64,000 bases of DNA from Alphaproteobacteria bacterium (GCA_017451625.1 JAFTNY010000004.1:2877-66876), one strand, 5' to 3'. Counted from the stretch's first letter, positions 9,326-19,153 are shown. Numbers and translations: made by a program. The notes: a model not told the origin generated them from the sequence alone.

Positions 9326-10408
9326 ATGGCAAAGAAAGAAGCAGCAAAAGACAGCGGATTGTTTGCAAAAAATCCTGCGTTGGAATCTGCATTGGCACAA
9401 ATTCAAAAGCAATTCGGTAAAGAAGCCATTATGAAAATGGGTGATGGTTCACAACAGAATATCGAGGCGATTTCATCTGGTTCGCTGGGGTTGGATATTG
9501 CGTTGGGGATTGGTGGATATCCAAAGGGGCGTATCGTTGAAATATATGGGCCAGAATCGTCTGGTAAAACAACGTTGGCGCTGCATGCGGTGGCCGAATC
9601 CCAGAAAAAGGGTGGAACGTGTGCGTATATCGATGCGGAAAATGCGCTGGACCCCAGTTATGCGAAAAAGTTGGGTGTTGATGTTGCAAATCTGATTATT
9701 TCACAGCCGGATTCAGGTGAACAGGCGTTGGAAATTGCCGATACGCTGATTAAGTCTGGTGCGGTTGATGTCGTTGTTATTGACAGTGTGGCGGCGTTGG
9801 TGCCCAAGGCGGAATTAGAAGGGAATATCGGGGATTCTTTTGTTGGGACAACCGCCCGATTGATGAGTCAGAGTTTGAAAAAATTGGCGGGGTCGGTATC
9901 GCGCAGTAATACATTGTTAATCTTTATCAATCAAATTCGTATGAAGATTGGTGTGATGTTTGGCAATCCGGAAACGACATCGGGTGGTAATGCGTTAAAG
10001 TTCTATGCGTCGGTACGTCTTGATATTCGTCGTACAGGTCAGATTAAAGATAAAGAAAACATTATTGGTAATGAAACGCGGGTCAAGGTGGTAAAGAACA
10101 AGGTTGCACCACCGTTCCGTACAGTGGACTTTAAGATTATGTATGGCGAAGGTATTTCACGCATCAGCGAAATTTTGGATATGGGTGTGAAATATGATCT
10201 GATTGAAAAGGCCGGCAGTTTCTATTCTTATAACAGTGAACGAATGGGGCAGGGCGAGGCAAATGCGCGCCAATGGCTGAAAGATCATCCAGAGGCACAA
10301 GAGGCGTTGTTGGAAAAAATTATGGCACGCGCGTCTGGTATTGCCGAAGAAATGACAACGGGTCCAATCGATGATGACGATGATGTCATGCCAGAGGTAG
10401 AAGAATAA
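9326..10408 (+). CDS. recA: recombinase RecA
   Basis: [19 protein letters not shown] Walker A motif and full-length RecA-like sequence. Confidence 0.97.
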   Translation: MAKKEAAKDSGLFAKNPALESALAQIQKQFGKEAIMKMGDGSQQNIEAISSGSLGLDIALGIGGYPKGRIVEIYGPESSGKTTLALHAVAESQKKGGTCAYIDAENALDPSYAKKLGVDVANLIISQPDSGEQALEIADTLIKSGAVDVVVIDSVAALVPKAELEGNIGDSFVGTTARLMSQSLKKLAGSVSRSNTLLIFINQIRMKIGVMFGNPETTSGGNALKFYASVRLDIRRTGQIKDKENIIGNETRVKVVKNKVAPPFRTVDFKIMYGEGISRISEILDMGVKYDLIEKAGSFYSYNSERMGQGEANARQWLKDHPEAQEALLEKIMARASGIAEEMTTGPIDDDDDVMPEVEE

Positions 10409-10474
10409 TTAATCATCCCCCAGCCATTTTTTGACTGGGGTAATTTGTAATAAACAACAAAAAAAGGAAAATTT

Positions 10475-11371
10475 ATGAATATTTCGCGTATGTGGGCAAT
10501 GACACAGATAATTGTTCAGGGACATGTTTTAAATTGGTTCTGGCGGGACAGAAAGCACAGACGTGCGGTGCGCAGCGCAGTTATTGAACGTGTGATTCCA
10601 AAGTACTTTGAACGGTATTTGCCAGCCGCCGCCGCGGTCAAAGAACGCAAAGTTGTTAATAATGATAAAAATGATAAAATCTTTTCGTTGTGGTTGCAGG
10701 GCGAAGAAAATGCACCAGAGTTGGTCAAGGCGTGTTTTCGCAGTGTCAGACGGCATTGTAAACAAGAACTGATTGTGTTGGACGAAAAGACAGTGTTTGA
10801 TTATATTTCTTTGCCAGAAAAAATTATGAAAAAGCGCAAGGCGGGCAAGATTTCACATGCACATTTTGCAGATATTTGTCGTGTGGAATTGCTGTATAAT
10901 CATGGGGGGTACTGGTTGGATTCAACAGGGTTTGTGACCGCGCCAATTCCAGAGTGGATTGAAAAAGAAGATTTCTTTGTTTATATGGCCGGACAAAATG
11001 TTGGCAGCCCATACAGTTATATGCAAAATTGCTTTATTCGTTCGCGCAAGGGGGCGTATCTGTTGGATGCGTGGCGGGCGATGATGCTGGATTACTGGAT
11101 ACATGAAAATGGGCCGTTTGATTACTTTATGCATCAATTATTGTTCAAGACAATGGTTATGAATGATCCACGCGCGATTAAGCATTTTGCAAAAATGCCA
11201 CATGTCGATCAGGATCCGACGCATGCGTTGTGGTGGGCGTATCATGACAAACCATATAACAAGGCGGAATTTGAACGTGTGACATCGGGCGCATTCTTTC
11301 AAAAGACAACTTATCATCAGGCGAAAAATCCAAAAGCAGGTACGGTTGCAGCAGAAATGTTAAAGATGTAA
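10475..11371 (+). CDS. capsular polysaccharide synthesis-type glycosyltransferase (Caps_synth / OCH1-like)
   Basis: IFSLWLQGEENAP...HFADICRVELLYNHGGYWLDSTGF pattern. The start is uncertain. Confidence 0.55.
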   Translation: MNISRMWAMTQIIVQGHVLNWFWRDRKHRRAVRSAVIERVIPKYFERYLPAAAAVKERKVVNNDKNDKIFSLWLQGEENAPELVKACFRSVRRHCKQELIVLDEKTVFDYISLPEKIMKKRKAGKISHAHFADICRVELLYNHGGYWLDSTGFVTAPIPEWIEKEDFFVYMAGQNVGSPYSYMQNCFIRSRKGAYLLDAWRAMMLDYWIHENGPFDYFMHQLLFKTMVMNDPRAIKHFAKMPHVDQDPTHALWWAYHDKPYNKAEFERVTSGAFFQKTTYHQAKNPKAGTVAAEMLKM

Positions 11372-11389
11372 GTGGGGGGGATGTGTGCT

Positions 11390-12163
11390 ATGCCGGTGGT
11401 GTCAGTTGTTATTCCTGTGTACAAGGCGGAAAAATATCTGCGTAGATGTCTGGATAGTTTATTGACCCAGACATTTACCCAGTGGCAGGCCGTTTGTATC
11501 GATGATGGCAGTCCAGATGGGTCAGGCGCAATACTGGATGAATATGCCGCACAGGATTCGCGGTTTAAGATTGTTCACAAGAAGAACGCAGGTGTGTCGG
11601 CGGCACGCACTGATGGTATTAAATACGCAGATGGTCAATATATTCACTTCCTAGATGCGGATGATTGGGTTGATGCGGAATACTATGAAAAAATGCTGGC
11701 GGTGGCGTGTGATACTGGGGCCGATATGGTTGTGTCGGGATTCGTTAGTGATAATAAATATACCAAACCGATTAGGTATAAGAAATCATATGTTGTGCGT
11801 ACAATTTCAGGAAAATTGTGGCGGTCGTTTGCGCTGACGGATTCGTATGTGTGGCGGTATCTGTTCAAACGGGATTTTATAAAAAAGAATAAGTTAATAT
11901 TTGATACAACTTTAATTGCCCAAGAAGATACATTGTTTGTATTAGATGCAATGGCACGCGCAAATATGCTGGCAACGGTTGGTGGGGTGTACTATCACTA
12001 TATGTTTAATGAAAATTCGGCATTGAATAATCGTGATGCGGCGCATCATGCGCGGGTCAAGGCCCAGTATAAGATTGGCAAGAAATATCGGCGCGACTTT
12101 GCGCGTGCCCATCGGGTGATGTTCTTGTGGCGGTTGCGGAAAATTATAAATATGTTCAGATAA
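11390..12163 (+). CDS. family 2 glycosyltransferase
   Basis: MPVVSVVIPVYKAEKYLRRCLDSLLTQTF...DDGSPDGS...LDADD. The ATG at 11390 follows a GGGGGGG Shine-Dalgarno sequence. Confidence 0.85.
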   Translation: MPVVSVVIPVYKAEKYLRRCLDSLLTQTFTQWQAVCIDDGSPDGSGAILDEYAAQDSRFKIVHKKNAGVSAARTDGIKYADGQYIHFLDADDWVDAEYYEKMLAVACDTGADMVVSGFVSDNKYTKPIRYKKSYVVRTISGKLWRSFALTDSYVWRYLFKRDFIKKNKLIFDTTLIAQEDTLFVLDAMARANMLATVGGVYYHYMFNENSALNNRDAAHHARVKAQYKIGKKYRRDFARAHRVMFLWRLRKIINMFR

Positions 12164-12179
12164 AACCAAAGGAAATGTT

Positions 12180-13208
12180 ATGCCAGCGATTTCTGTGATT
12201 ATTCCGATTTATAATGTTGAAAAGTATTTGCGCAGATGTTTGGACAGTGTTAAAAATCAGACCTTTCAAGACTGGGAGGCGATTTGTGTAAACGATGGCA
12301 GTCCAGATAACAGTGCGGCGATATTGGCTGAATTTGCCGCGGGGGATGCGCGCTTTAAAGTGGTGAATAAAGAAAATGGGGGACTGTCCGATGCAAGAAA
12401 TGCAGGAATGCAGGTCGCCACAGGGGAATATATCTTGTATTTAGATAGTGATGACTTTATTCATCCGCAGACATTAGAGATTGCACATCGTTTGGCGCAG
12501 CGGGATGGGTCTGATATTGTGTCTTTTACATATGACAGGATTTATCGGCCACAGTTGATGGTGCGACATTACTTGAAAATGGATACAGATAATGTAATCC
12601 CAAAGCGCATCAAGAAAAAATATGATTTGTCGCGTATTCAGACACTGATTACAGATGATATTTATGCGTATGCAACAGAACGGGTGGTTGATGTGCCACG
12701 CCGAAAGAAAAAGTGGATGATTAAGCACTGTCAGGTGTGGAAGAATTTATATCGGCGTGAACTGATTGCAGATATTCCGTTTATCAAGGGGATTTTGTTC
12801 GAAGATTTCCCATGGTGGAGCGAGGTTATGCTGCGTAATCCGCGTACGACCATTGTGCCGTTGCCATTGTATTTCTATGTGCCGAATTTTGGTGGAATTG
12901 TTTTGTCGGCCAAGCAGTTGCGTATTATGAAAAGTCTGTGTGCGGGGTTGGCGGCGGCATATCATGTGTATAAAGAGCAGGCAACCCCATATCAGATGGA
13001 AATGTGGTCGCGTAATTTTCAGTGGTATTTTATCGACAAGGCGTTCGGAAAATTGAAATATCTGGATGGCCAAGATGATGTTGCGGCGGCGCGTGAATGT
13101 TTTCGTGAATTGGAAAGAAGTGGGGTTCTGGATAGACCGCCGTATAAGTGGGCGGGCGCGTTGCGTAATGAGATATGCAAGTTTATCAAGACGTGCAGTT
13201 GGGAATGA
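12180..13208 (+). CDS. family 2 glycosyltransferase
   Basis: MPAISVIIPIYNVEKYLRRCLDSVKNQTF...NDGSPDNS...LDSDD. Confidence 0.85.
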   Translation: MPAISVIIPIYNVEKYLRRCLDSVKNQTFQDWEAICVNDGSPDNSAAILAEFAAGDARFKVVNKENGGLSDARNAGMQVATGEYILYLDSDDFIHPQTLEIAHRLAQRDGSDIVSFTYDRIYRPQLMVRHYLKMDTDNVIPKRIKKKYDLSRIQTLITDDIYAYATERVVDVPRRKKKWMIKHCQVWKNLYRRELIADIPFIKGILFEDFPWWSEVMLRNPRTTIVPLPLYFYVPNFGGIVLSAKQLRIMKSLCAGLAAAYHVYKEQATPYQMEMWSRNFQWYFIDKAFGKLKYLDGQDDVAAARECFRELERSGVLDRPPYKWAGALRNEICKFIKTCSWE

Positions 13209-13216
13209 AAAAAAAT

Positions 13217-13239
13217 CTCGCCATCTGGCGAGGTTTTTT
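13217..13239 (+). terminator. intrinsic terminator
   Basis: CTCGCC-ATCT-GGCGAG hairpin followed by GTTTTTT. Confidence 0.7.
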
Positions 13240-13240
13240 A

Positions 13241-13274
13241 GTGGTTAGTTATTAGTGTAAGTGGTTAGTGGTGG
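13241..13274 (+). repeat. GTGGTTAGTG direct-repeat motif, locus 1
   Basis: gtggttagttattagtgtaagtggttagtggtgg, immediately after the terminator T-tract. Confidence 0.8.
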
Positions 13275-13308
13275 CACAAATGATATTGTATGACACTTGC
13301 ACTTATAT

Positions 13309-14322
13309 TTACTTTTCGAATTTTGATTTTTCGGGAAAGTGTTCGGCCATGAATTCTGCGTTGGCACACAAAATGGCATCGTCTGAATCGCGTGAATCAT
13401 TTATACAAAATATCGGTGCGCGCAGGATTGCGTTGCGGGCTGTGCGTGTGTCGGTGCAATAGACCGCAGAATTGCGAATCCATGGTGCGAATATTGTGTT
13501 ATAGATTGCGTCTGTTATTTTGTGGCGCGTGAATTTGCGTGCGCGCGAATGAACGAACTTTGCGCGGCCCTGAATCAGGTCATACAGGTTGAATAGCCAA
13601 CGCTGAACCTCGGTATTAGTGCGGAATTTGTTATAAATCTGGGCATCGATTTGTGGCGCGATTTTTGGATGATTGCGACATTCAATCCAAGATGACTTAA
13701 GATAAGGGTCAACGCCATGTGATGGACGGTATTTGTATACGTTTTTATTAAATGTTCGTTCGATAAATTCGGCCGACAGTATCAGGGTCTGATTGTATTC
13801 GTCGACATTTGATTTCCATTGTTCAATGTTTTTTAGGCGACCGGAATGGTTGCTGAAACGTACGCGGGCGCGACCGCGGCGATCATAGAAATAACTGGGG
13901 GTCAGGTCGCGATTAAAGAACATATCATCGTTCATTAACAGGAATCTTTCAGACAGTCCCTTGATATTTGGAATACACATTTCAATCGCAGTGGCGTTAA
14001 ACGTTGGCAGGGCACCATCTGGGAATATGTCTTCGTGTGGGACGATTGTAATCTGGGGGTGTTTGGTGTTCAGCCATTTTGGGATTTGGCCAAACCCTGT
14101 GATGATGTAAATGTGATTGACCCATGACATGTGCTTTTCAACACTGCGCAGGGAATAGCGAAATTCGCCGTTGTCGCGCCAGCGGGCATCGATTGCCGCG
14201 TCGGCATAGACCGGTTTTTGGCCCTTGATGATTTCCAGCCATTTGTCTTTTTGGGCGCGCCAGTTTTTGTCTGTGTCGTCAACCCATAGATAAACTAAAT
14301 CGATTTTCGTGTCTGTTTTCAT
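13309..14322 (-). CDS. Stealth family protein (putative hexose-1-phosphoryl / capsule phosphotransferase)
   Basis: Stealth CR1-like IDLVYLWVDDTDKNW. CR2-like YSLRSVEKHMSWVNHIYIIT...LPTFNATAIE...LLMNDDMFF. Confidence 0.8.
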   Translation of the reverse strand: MKTDTKIDLVYLWVDDTDKNWRAQKDKWLEIIKGQKPVYADAAIDARWRDNGEFRYSLRSVEKHMSWVNHIYIITGFGQIPKWLNTKHPQITIVPHEDIFPDGALPTFNATAIEMCIPNIKGLSERFLLMNDDMFFNRDLTPSYFYDRRGRARVRFSNHSGRLKNIEQWKSNVDEYNQTLILSAEFIERTFNKNVYKYRPSHGVDPYLKSSWIECRNHPKIAPQIDAQIYNKFRTNTEVQRWLFNLYDLIQGRAKFVHSRARKFTRHKITDAIYNTIFAPWIRNSAVYCTDTRTARNAILRAPIFCINDSRDSDDAILCANAEFMAEHFPEKSKFEK

Positions 14323-14326
14323 GGTG

Positions 14327-15160
14327 TTATATTCCTGATTTTATAAAACGGTTTGGGATTTTTACAATGCGTTTTAGCCCCAGCATACTGGGTTTATCCC
14401 ATGCATAAATTGGTCTGAATATTGTTTGCATGATGCGGGCGATTTTTAACCATTTTGCGCCATGTGCAGGACGGGTTGACACATCGTTTATTGTGCCGTT
14501 GCCGCGACGACGCAGGTGATTTACCCAATCAGGGCCACGCGATGCGGCCTTGGCCACCAGCATTTCCATATCGATTGCGCCAAAGTGTAATAAGTACAGG
14601 TTTTTATCAATATGAAAGTTATGACCGCGGATGCTGTGAAAACCGCTGCCCCAGCGGACAGGGCGATTTATAACAACAGGTTTGGTATAGCGTGTAGATA
14701 ATAATGCATAACTGCGCTGGGTCAAAAATGGTTGGGATGGGTCCAGTGTTTTTTCGCGATGCAGGTGTTGACCAACATCCAGCCCCAGACCAGATAATGT
14801 GTTCTTGATTTTTTTGGTTGATAAATATTCTGCCAAGCCGATGTTTAGTTCAGGGTCGACCAGTAAAAATTCGTCGCAATCGCATCCGATAACAATTTCA
14901 TAGCCGTCTTGGAATAGTTTGGCCGCCAAATCAGACATCAGATTTATGCGATATTTATCACCGGCGGCGCGCGACATGTCGGTGTGTGGCAGTTTGGTTA
15001 TGTGGGCAGCGCCTGCGTTTTCTGGGATTGTTTGGTCGGTGCCGTCCAGATAAATGTACAAATTTTCTGTGCCAATTTGGTCGCCGTAATATTTAATCCA
15101 GCGCGATAAAAAGAATTCATCGTTGCGCGCCATTGTTATTGCAGCAATTCGTTTGGTCAT
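14327..15160 (-). CDS. glycosyltransferase (GT2-like, Glyco_tranf_2_4 type)
   Basis: MTKRIAAITMARNDEFFLSRWIKYYG...YIYLDGTDQ...CDCDEFL. The internal ATG at 15160 was chosen because the track's 5' extension overlaps the upstream gene. Confidence 0.55.
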   Translation of the reverse strand: MTKRIAAITMARNDEFFLSRWIKYYGDQIGTENLYIYLDGTDQTIPENAGAAHITKLPHTDMSRAAGDKYRINLMSDLAAKLFQDGYEIVIGCDCDEFLLVDPELNIGLAEYLSTKKIKNTLSGLGLDVGQHLHREKTLDPSQPFLTQRSYALLSTRYTKPVVINRPVRWGSGFHSIRGHNFHIDKNLYLLHFGAIDMEMLVAKAASRGPDWVNHLRRRGNGTINDVSTRPAHGAKWLKIARIMQTIFRPIYAWDKPSMLGLKRIVKIPNRFIKSGI

Positions 15161-15162
15161 GA

Positions 15163-16011
15163 CTAGATTCCTTCGATAAATAACTTGTATATTGCGTGGT
15201 GTATTTGTCGTGCCATTATCTTGAATGGATTTTTTGTTAACAACCAATCAACGTGTTTTTCGCCGTACTGGGCGCGGGCAGATGTTATTATTGTGTCGCG
15301 GGTGGCGGGCGTGATGTGATTTAGTACATACAATATTTGGCGACCCAATGCACCATGGTTGCGATTGAATGCAACCTTTTTCATAAATGGCATTTTTGTA
15401 CGATACAGTTTCTTGATTTTGTTATAAACACCGCGGTTGCGGACAGAATACATACAACACCATGTTAAATTATGTGACAGGATGTTTTTTGATAATCCCT
15501 GTTCGTATTCGCGTGTGATTGCGCCTTTGTATGGTTGCTTGGTTATATTGCGCATAAATTGGTCGTACCAATCGGTTAAAAATACGGATGGGCGCAGGCC
15601 AATAAACCAAGATTGGATGTGTGGGTGGTCGCGGTGTGGATTCTTGACAAGGCCAAATGCATCGCATGTACCGGATTCTATTTTTGAAAAATATGGTGTC
15701 AGGTCATATAGTGGCCCATATACAGAATCATTTACCATATAGACATAATTGTAATCAGATAATGTCAGGTTTTCTGTTGCCCAAATATATGCACGTTTAT
15801 ATGATCCGAAATCATATTCGCCATGTCGTACAGCAGATGCGTATACGGTGAATTTCTGGACTTTTTTAAGTTCAGAATCAGGACAATCTGAATCCATTAC
15901 CAATACAACGTCGCCAAATTTGGACAGGGATTTTACATAGTAAACCAGTGCATCGTCAACGATGCCAGCGGCATTATAGCCCGCAAATAAGAATAATCGT
16001 TTTTGTTTCAT
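15163..16011 (-). CDS. rhamnan synthesis protein F (RgpF)-like polysaccharide biosynthesis protein
   Basis: MKQKRLFLFAGYNAAGIVDDALVYYVKSL...HPHIQSWFIGLR pattern. The start was moved to 16011 because the longer ORF would begin inside the typA terminator hairpin. Confidence 0.6.
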   Translation of the reverse strand: MKQKRLFLFAGYNAAGIVDDALVYYVKSLSKFGDVVLVMDSDCPDSELKKVQKFTVYASAVRHGEYDFGSYKRAYIWATENLTLSDYNYVYMVNDSVYGPLYDLTPYFSKIESGTCDAFGLVKNPHRDHPHIQSWFIGLRPSVFLTDWYDQFMRNITKQPYKGAITREYEQGLSKNILSHNLTWCCMYSVRNRGVYNKIKKLYRTKMPFMKKVAFNRNHGALGRQILYVLNHITPATRDTIITSARAQYGEKHVDWLLTKNPFKIMARQIHHAIYKLFIEGI

Positions 16012-16059
16012 GCTATATAATGTACACGTTTTATCGCGTATTTGCAACAAAGGGTTTAT

Positions 16060-16092
16060 AACATAAAATAACATCCCCCACTGATGGGGGGA
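16060..16092 (-). terminator. probable typA terminator
   Basis: On the minus strand, a TCCCCCC-ATCAGT-GGGGGA hairpin (16074-16092) is followed by the U-rich TGTTATTTTATGTT. Confidence 0.45.
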
Positions 16093-16127
16093 GTGGTTAG
16101 TGTAAGTGGTTAGTGGATAGTGGTGGT
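16093..16127 (+). repeat. GTGGTTAGTG direct-repeat motif, locus 2
   Basis: gtggttagtgtaagtggttagtggatagtggtggtg, abutting the hairpin at 16074-16092. Confidence 0.8.
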
Positions 16128-16149
16128 GCTATACATTTACCATTTACTG

Positions 16150-17982
16150 TTATTCTTCGACGTGTTTTTTTAATTTCTTGCGCGTGTTGCTGTCCAGTTC
16201 GCGTTTGCGCAGACGGATTGTATCAGGTGTAATTTCGACCAATTCGTCATCCAAGATATAGGACAGGGCTTCTTCCAGTGAAATACGACGTGGTGGCGCC
16301 AAGAATAATTTTTCGTCGGCGGTGACCGAACGCATGTTTGTTAATTCTTTGCCCTTAATCGGATTGACTTCCAAATCGTTTTCTTTGCTGTGTTCGCCGA
16401 TAATCATGCCCGAATAAACTTCGGTCTGGGGGTCGATGAACAATGTACCACGTGGTTGCAAATTAAACAGTGCGTATGTTGCGGCGGTGCCTTTTTCCAT
16501 AGATACCAATACCCCTGGGCGATATTGCTGGATTGGGCCACGATAAAGGTCGTATTTATCAAATACGCGGTTCATAATGCCGGTGCCGCGCGTGTCGGTG
16601 CGGAATTCTGATAAATAACCAATCAAGCCACGTGATGGGGCAGAAAATACAATGCGTGTTTTGCCACCACCAGATGCCTTCATTTCGGTAATTGTGGCCT
16701 TGCGCTTGGTCATTTTTTCAATTACGACACCTGAAAATTCGTCGTCTACGTCGATTACAACGTCTTCGATTGGTTCTAGGCGGTTGCCGTTTTCATCTGT
16801 CTGCATTACAACGCGTGGACGTGATACGGACAGTTCGAATCCTTCGCGGCGCATTGTTTCAATTAAAATACCCAGTTGCAGTTCGCCACGACCAGATACT
16901 TCAAAGGCCTCGTTATTTTCGCTTTGTTCCACCTTAAGCGCGATGTTTGTTTCGGCTTCTTTGAACAGGCGTTCGCCAATCATACGTGATGTTAATTTTT
17001 TGCCACTTTTGCCCGCCAAAGGTGATGTGTTTACAAAGAACGTCATTGTCAGGGTTGGTGGATCGATTGGCATGGCCGGAATTGGTTCGGAAACGGATGG
17101 ATCACACAGGGTGTCGGCCACAGTTGCCTTGGAAAAACCTGCGACAACAACAATGTCGCCGGCGGATGCAGAATCGCGCGAAATCTTTTCAATGCCACGA
17201 TGTTCGATGATTTTTGTAATCTTGGCATTTTCGATAAATTCGCCGTTGCGGTTGATTGCCTTGACCGATTGGCCAACGCGAACAGTGCCGGATTCAATTT
17301 TACCGGTCAAAATGCGACCAACGTATGGGTCGGCTTCCAGTGTGGTTGCCAGCATTGTAAATGGTGCATCCAGTTGACAGCGTTCGCCATTGCAATCGGG
17401 GGCAGGAACATGATCAACAATTAACTGGAACAGTGGGGTTAAATCTTTGCGTTCGTCGTTTAAATCGCGCACCGCCCAACCGTCGCGACCAACTGAATAT
17501 AAATATGGAAAATCCAGTTGGGAATCTGTTGCACCCAGTTTGTCGAACAGGTCAAAGGTTTCAGATAAAACTTCGTCTGGGCGGGCATCGGAACGGTCGA
17601 CCTTGTTAATGCAAACGATTGGACGCAGACCCAGTTTTAATGCCTTGGATAATACAAATTTTGTTTGGGGCAGGGGACCTTCGGCACTGTCAACCAGCAG
17701 GACAACACCGTCAACCATGGATAAAATACGTTCAACTTCGCCACCAAAGTCTGCGTGCCCTGGGGTGTCAACGATATTGATTTTGTATTCGCCCCATTGG
17801 ATAGATGTTGGTTTTGCAGAAATTGTGATGCCGCGTTCGCGTTCAATGTCGCCGCTGTCCATGACGCGTTCATCAACGCGTTCGTTTTCGCGGAATGTTC
17901 CGGCCTGTTTTAACATGTTGTCGACCAATGTTGTTTTACCATGGTCAACGTGTGCAATAATTGCAATGTTGCGAATTTTCAT
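16150..17982 (-). CDS. typA: translational GTPase TypA/BipA
   Basis: IRNIAIIAHVDHGKTTLVD, DTPGHADFGGEV and a full-length BipA-like sequence. Confidence 0.96.
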   Translation of the reverse strand: MKIRNIAIIAHVDHGKTTLVDNMLKQAGTFRENERVDERVMDSGDIERERGITISAKPTSIQWGEYKINIVDTPGHADFGGEVERILSMVDGVVLLVDSAEGPLPQTKFVLSKALKLGLRPIVCINKVDRSDARPDEVLSETFDLFDKLGATDSQLDFPYLYSVGRDGWAVRDLNDERKDLTPLFQLIVDHVPAPDCNGERCQLDAPFTMLATTLEADPYVGRILTGKIESGTVRVGQSVKAINRNGEFIENAKITKIIEHRGIEKISRDSASAGDIVVVAGFSKATVADTLCDPSVSEPIPAMPIDPPTLTMTFFVNTSPLAGKSGKKLTSRMIGERLFKEAETNIALKVEQSENNEAFEVSGRGELQLGILIETMRREGFELSVSRPRVVMQTDENGNRLEPIEDVVIDVDDEFSGVVIEKMTKRKATITEMKASGGGKTRIVFSAPSRGLIGYLSEFRTDTRGTGIMNRVFDKYDLYRGPIQQYRPGVLVSMEKGTAATYALFNLQPRGTLFIDPQTEVYSGMIIGEHSKENDLEVNPIKGKELTNMRSVTADEKLFLAPPRRISLEEALSYILDDELVEITPDTIRLRKRELDSNTRKKLKKHVEE

Positions 17983-18064
17983 ACTGTTTGCCCCATATTT
18001 TTAGTTTAATCGGGTACAGGGTATACCTAAAAAGATGAGTTTTCAACTTTTTTATGTATAAATA

Positions 18065-18092
18065 TTGACATTTGTTTGTTTTTGTCTATATT
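18065..18092 (+). promoter_or_regulatory. near-consensus sigma70-type promoter
   Basis: TTGACA (18065-18070), a 16-nt spacer, then TATATT (18087-18092). It lies upstream of an AAAGGAG Shine-Dalgarno sequence and the ATG at 18130. Confidence 0.4.
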
Positions 18093-18129
18093 AGATGCGT
18101 GGTTTGGTAAAGCCAAAGGAGTTTGTAAA

Positions 18130-18675
18130 ATGTCGTGCAGATATACAGAAAAAGATATTTATGTGGCCGCAGGGTCAGGTTTTGCGAATTTGAAAAAGTT
18201 GGCGCGTGCGGACCTGAAAAAGCGTTGGAAAACATTGACGCGTGAACAGAAATTTGCAGCAGGGCGCGCATTGGTCTTTATGGATGATGTGGCGGCGGAA
18301 CCGGCAAAGTATTTTTCACGTGCAAACACACAGGATGCATGGTGCTTTCGTGCAGAATATTTTGCAGGTCATAAAAATTTAGATGATATTGCAGATGCCT
18401 ACTATATCGTGGAAGACCCACAGGGCATTGTGTCGAACAAGGCGGCGGCTGCGATGCAGGGTGAATTGGGACATGAATTTTACCGTTTCTGCAATGCGGT
18501 GCAACACTGGGAATATGACAGAACGTCAAATAAGGATATTTATCGTGCAACGGCACCAAAATTTGCAAATGAAATTGTGGAAATGTCAAAACGCTATCAG
18601 GAATTGGTGGCGATAAGTCAGACAAATCCGTTGTTGCGTCCGATTAAGCAGTTGCTGCACAATTTTCAACGATAA
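18130..18675 (+). CDS. hypothetical protein (orphan)
   Basis: 181-aa ORF starting at the ATG after the AAAGGAG Shine-Dalgarno sequence. No family recognised. Confidence 0.55.
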   Translation: MSCRYTEKDIYVAAGSGFANLKKLARADLKKRWKTLTREQKFAAGRALVFMDDVAAEPAKYFSRANTQDAWCFRAEYFAGHKNLDDIADAYYIVEDPQGIVSNKAAAAMQGELGHEFYRFCNAVQHWEYDRTSNKDIYRATAPKFANEIVEMSKRYQELVAISQTNPLLRPIKQLLHNFQR

Positions 18676-18690
18676 TTTAAGGGGGAAAAT

Positions 18691-19119
18691 ATGATTGATT
18701 ACAATGCAACATTACAGGAATTTTTCAAAGAAGTAGTTAAGTATTTGGATGGTCGTGCGTCGCGTGCGCCAAGTGAACTGGAATATCAGAAAATTTGCAA
18801 AGCGCGTGAACAGGTTCAGAAAATCGCAGCAAATCCAGTATTGTATGCGGATTACAATATGCGTGTTGTAAATGGTGTTGAACCAGATGCAGAACCGTTT
18901 ATGCCAAATTCACATGACAATAGTGTATATTTGATTTTGTCCAAAGTATTGCATTACATGGGGAATTTGAACAGTGAATTTAGTTGGTATCGCAAGGAAG
19001 CGCAAGAGAATTTGTTAAAGGCACGTCGTGCGATTGCCTATAAAAATTCAACAAATATCTTTAAGGATATTAAGTTTGCGTTTATAAGACCGGAAAAATT
19101 TGCAGTGAAAAAGCGCTAA
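18691..19119 (+). CDS. hypothetical protein (orphan)
   Basis: 142-aa ORF with a GGGGGA Shine-Dalgarno sequence. No family recognised. Confidence 0.55.
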   Translation: MIDYNATLQEFFKEVVKYLDGRASRAPSELEYQKICKAREQVQKIAANPVLYADYNMRVVNGVEPDAEPFMPNSHDNSVYLILSKVLHYMGNLNSEFSWYRKEAQENLLKARRAIAYKNSTNIFKDIKFAFIRPEKFAVKKR

Positions 19120-19120
19120 T

Positions 19121-19149
19121 AAAAAATCCCGCGTCTGCGGGATTTTTTA
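19121..19149. terminator. bidirectional intrinsic terminator
   Basis: AAAAAATCCCGC-GTCT-GCGGGATTTTTT, between the convergent orphan gene and serS. Confidence 0.8.
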
Positions 19150-19153
19150 TTGG

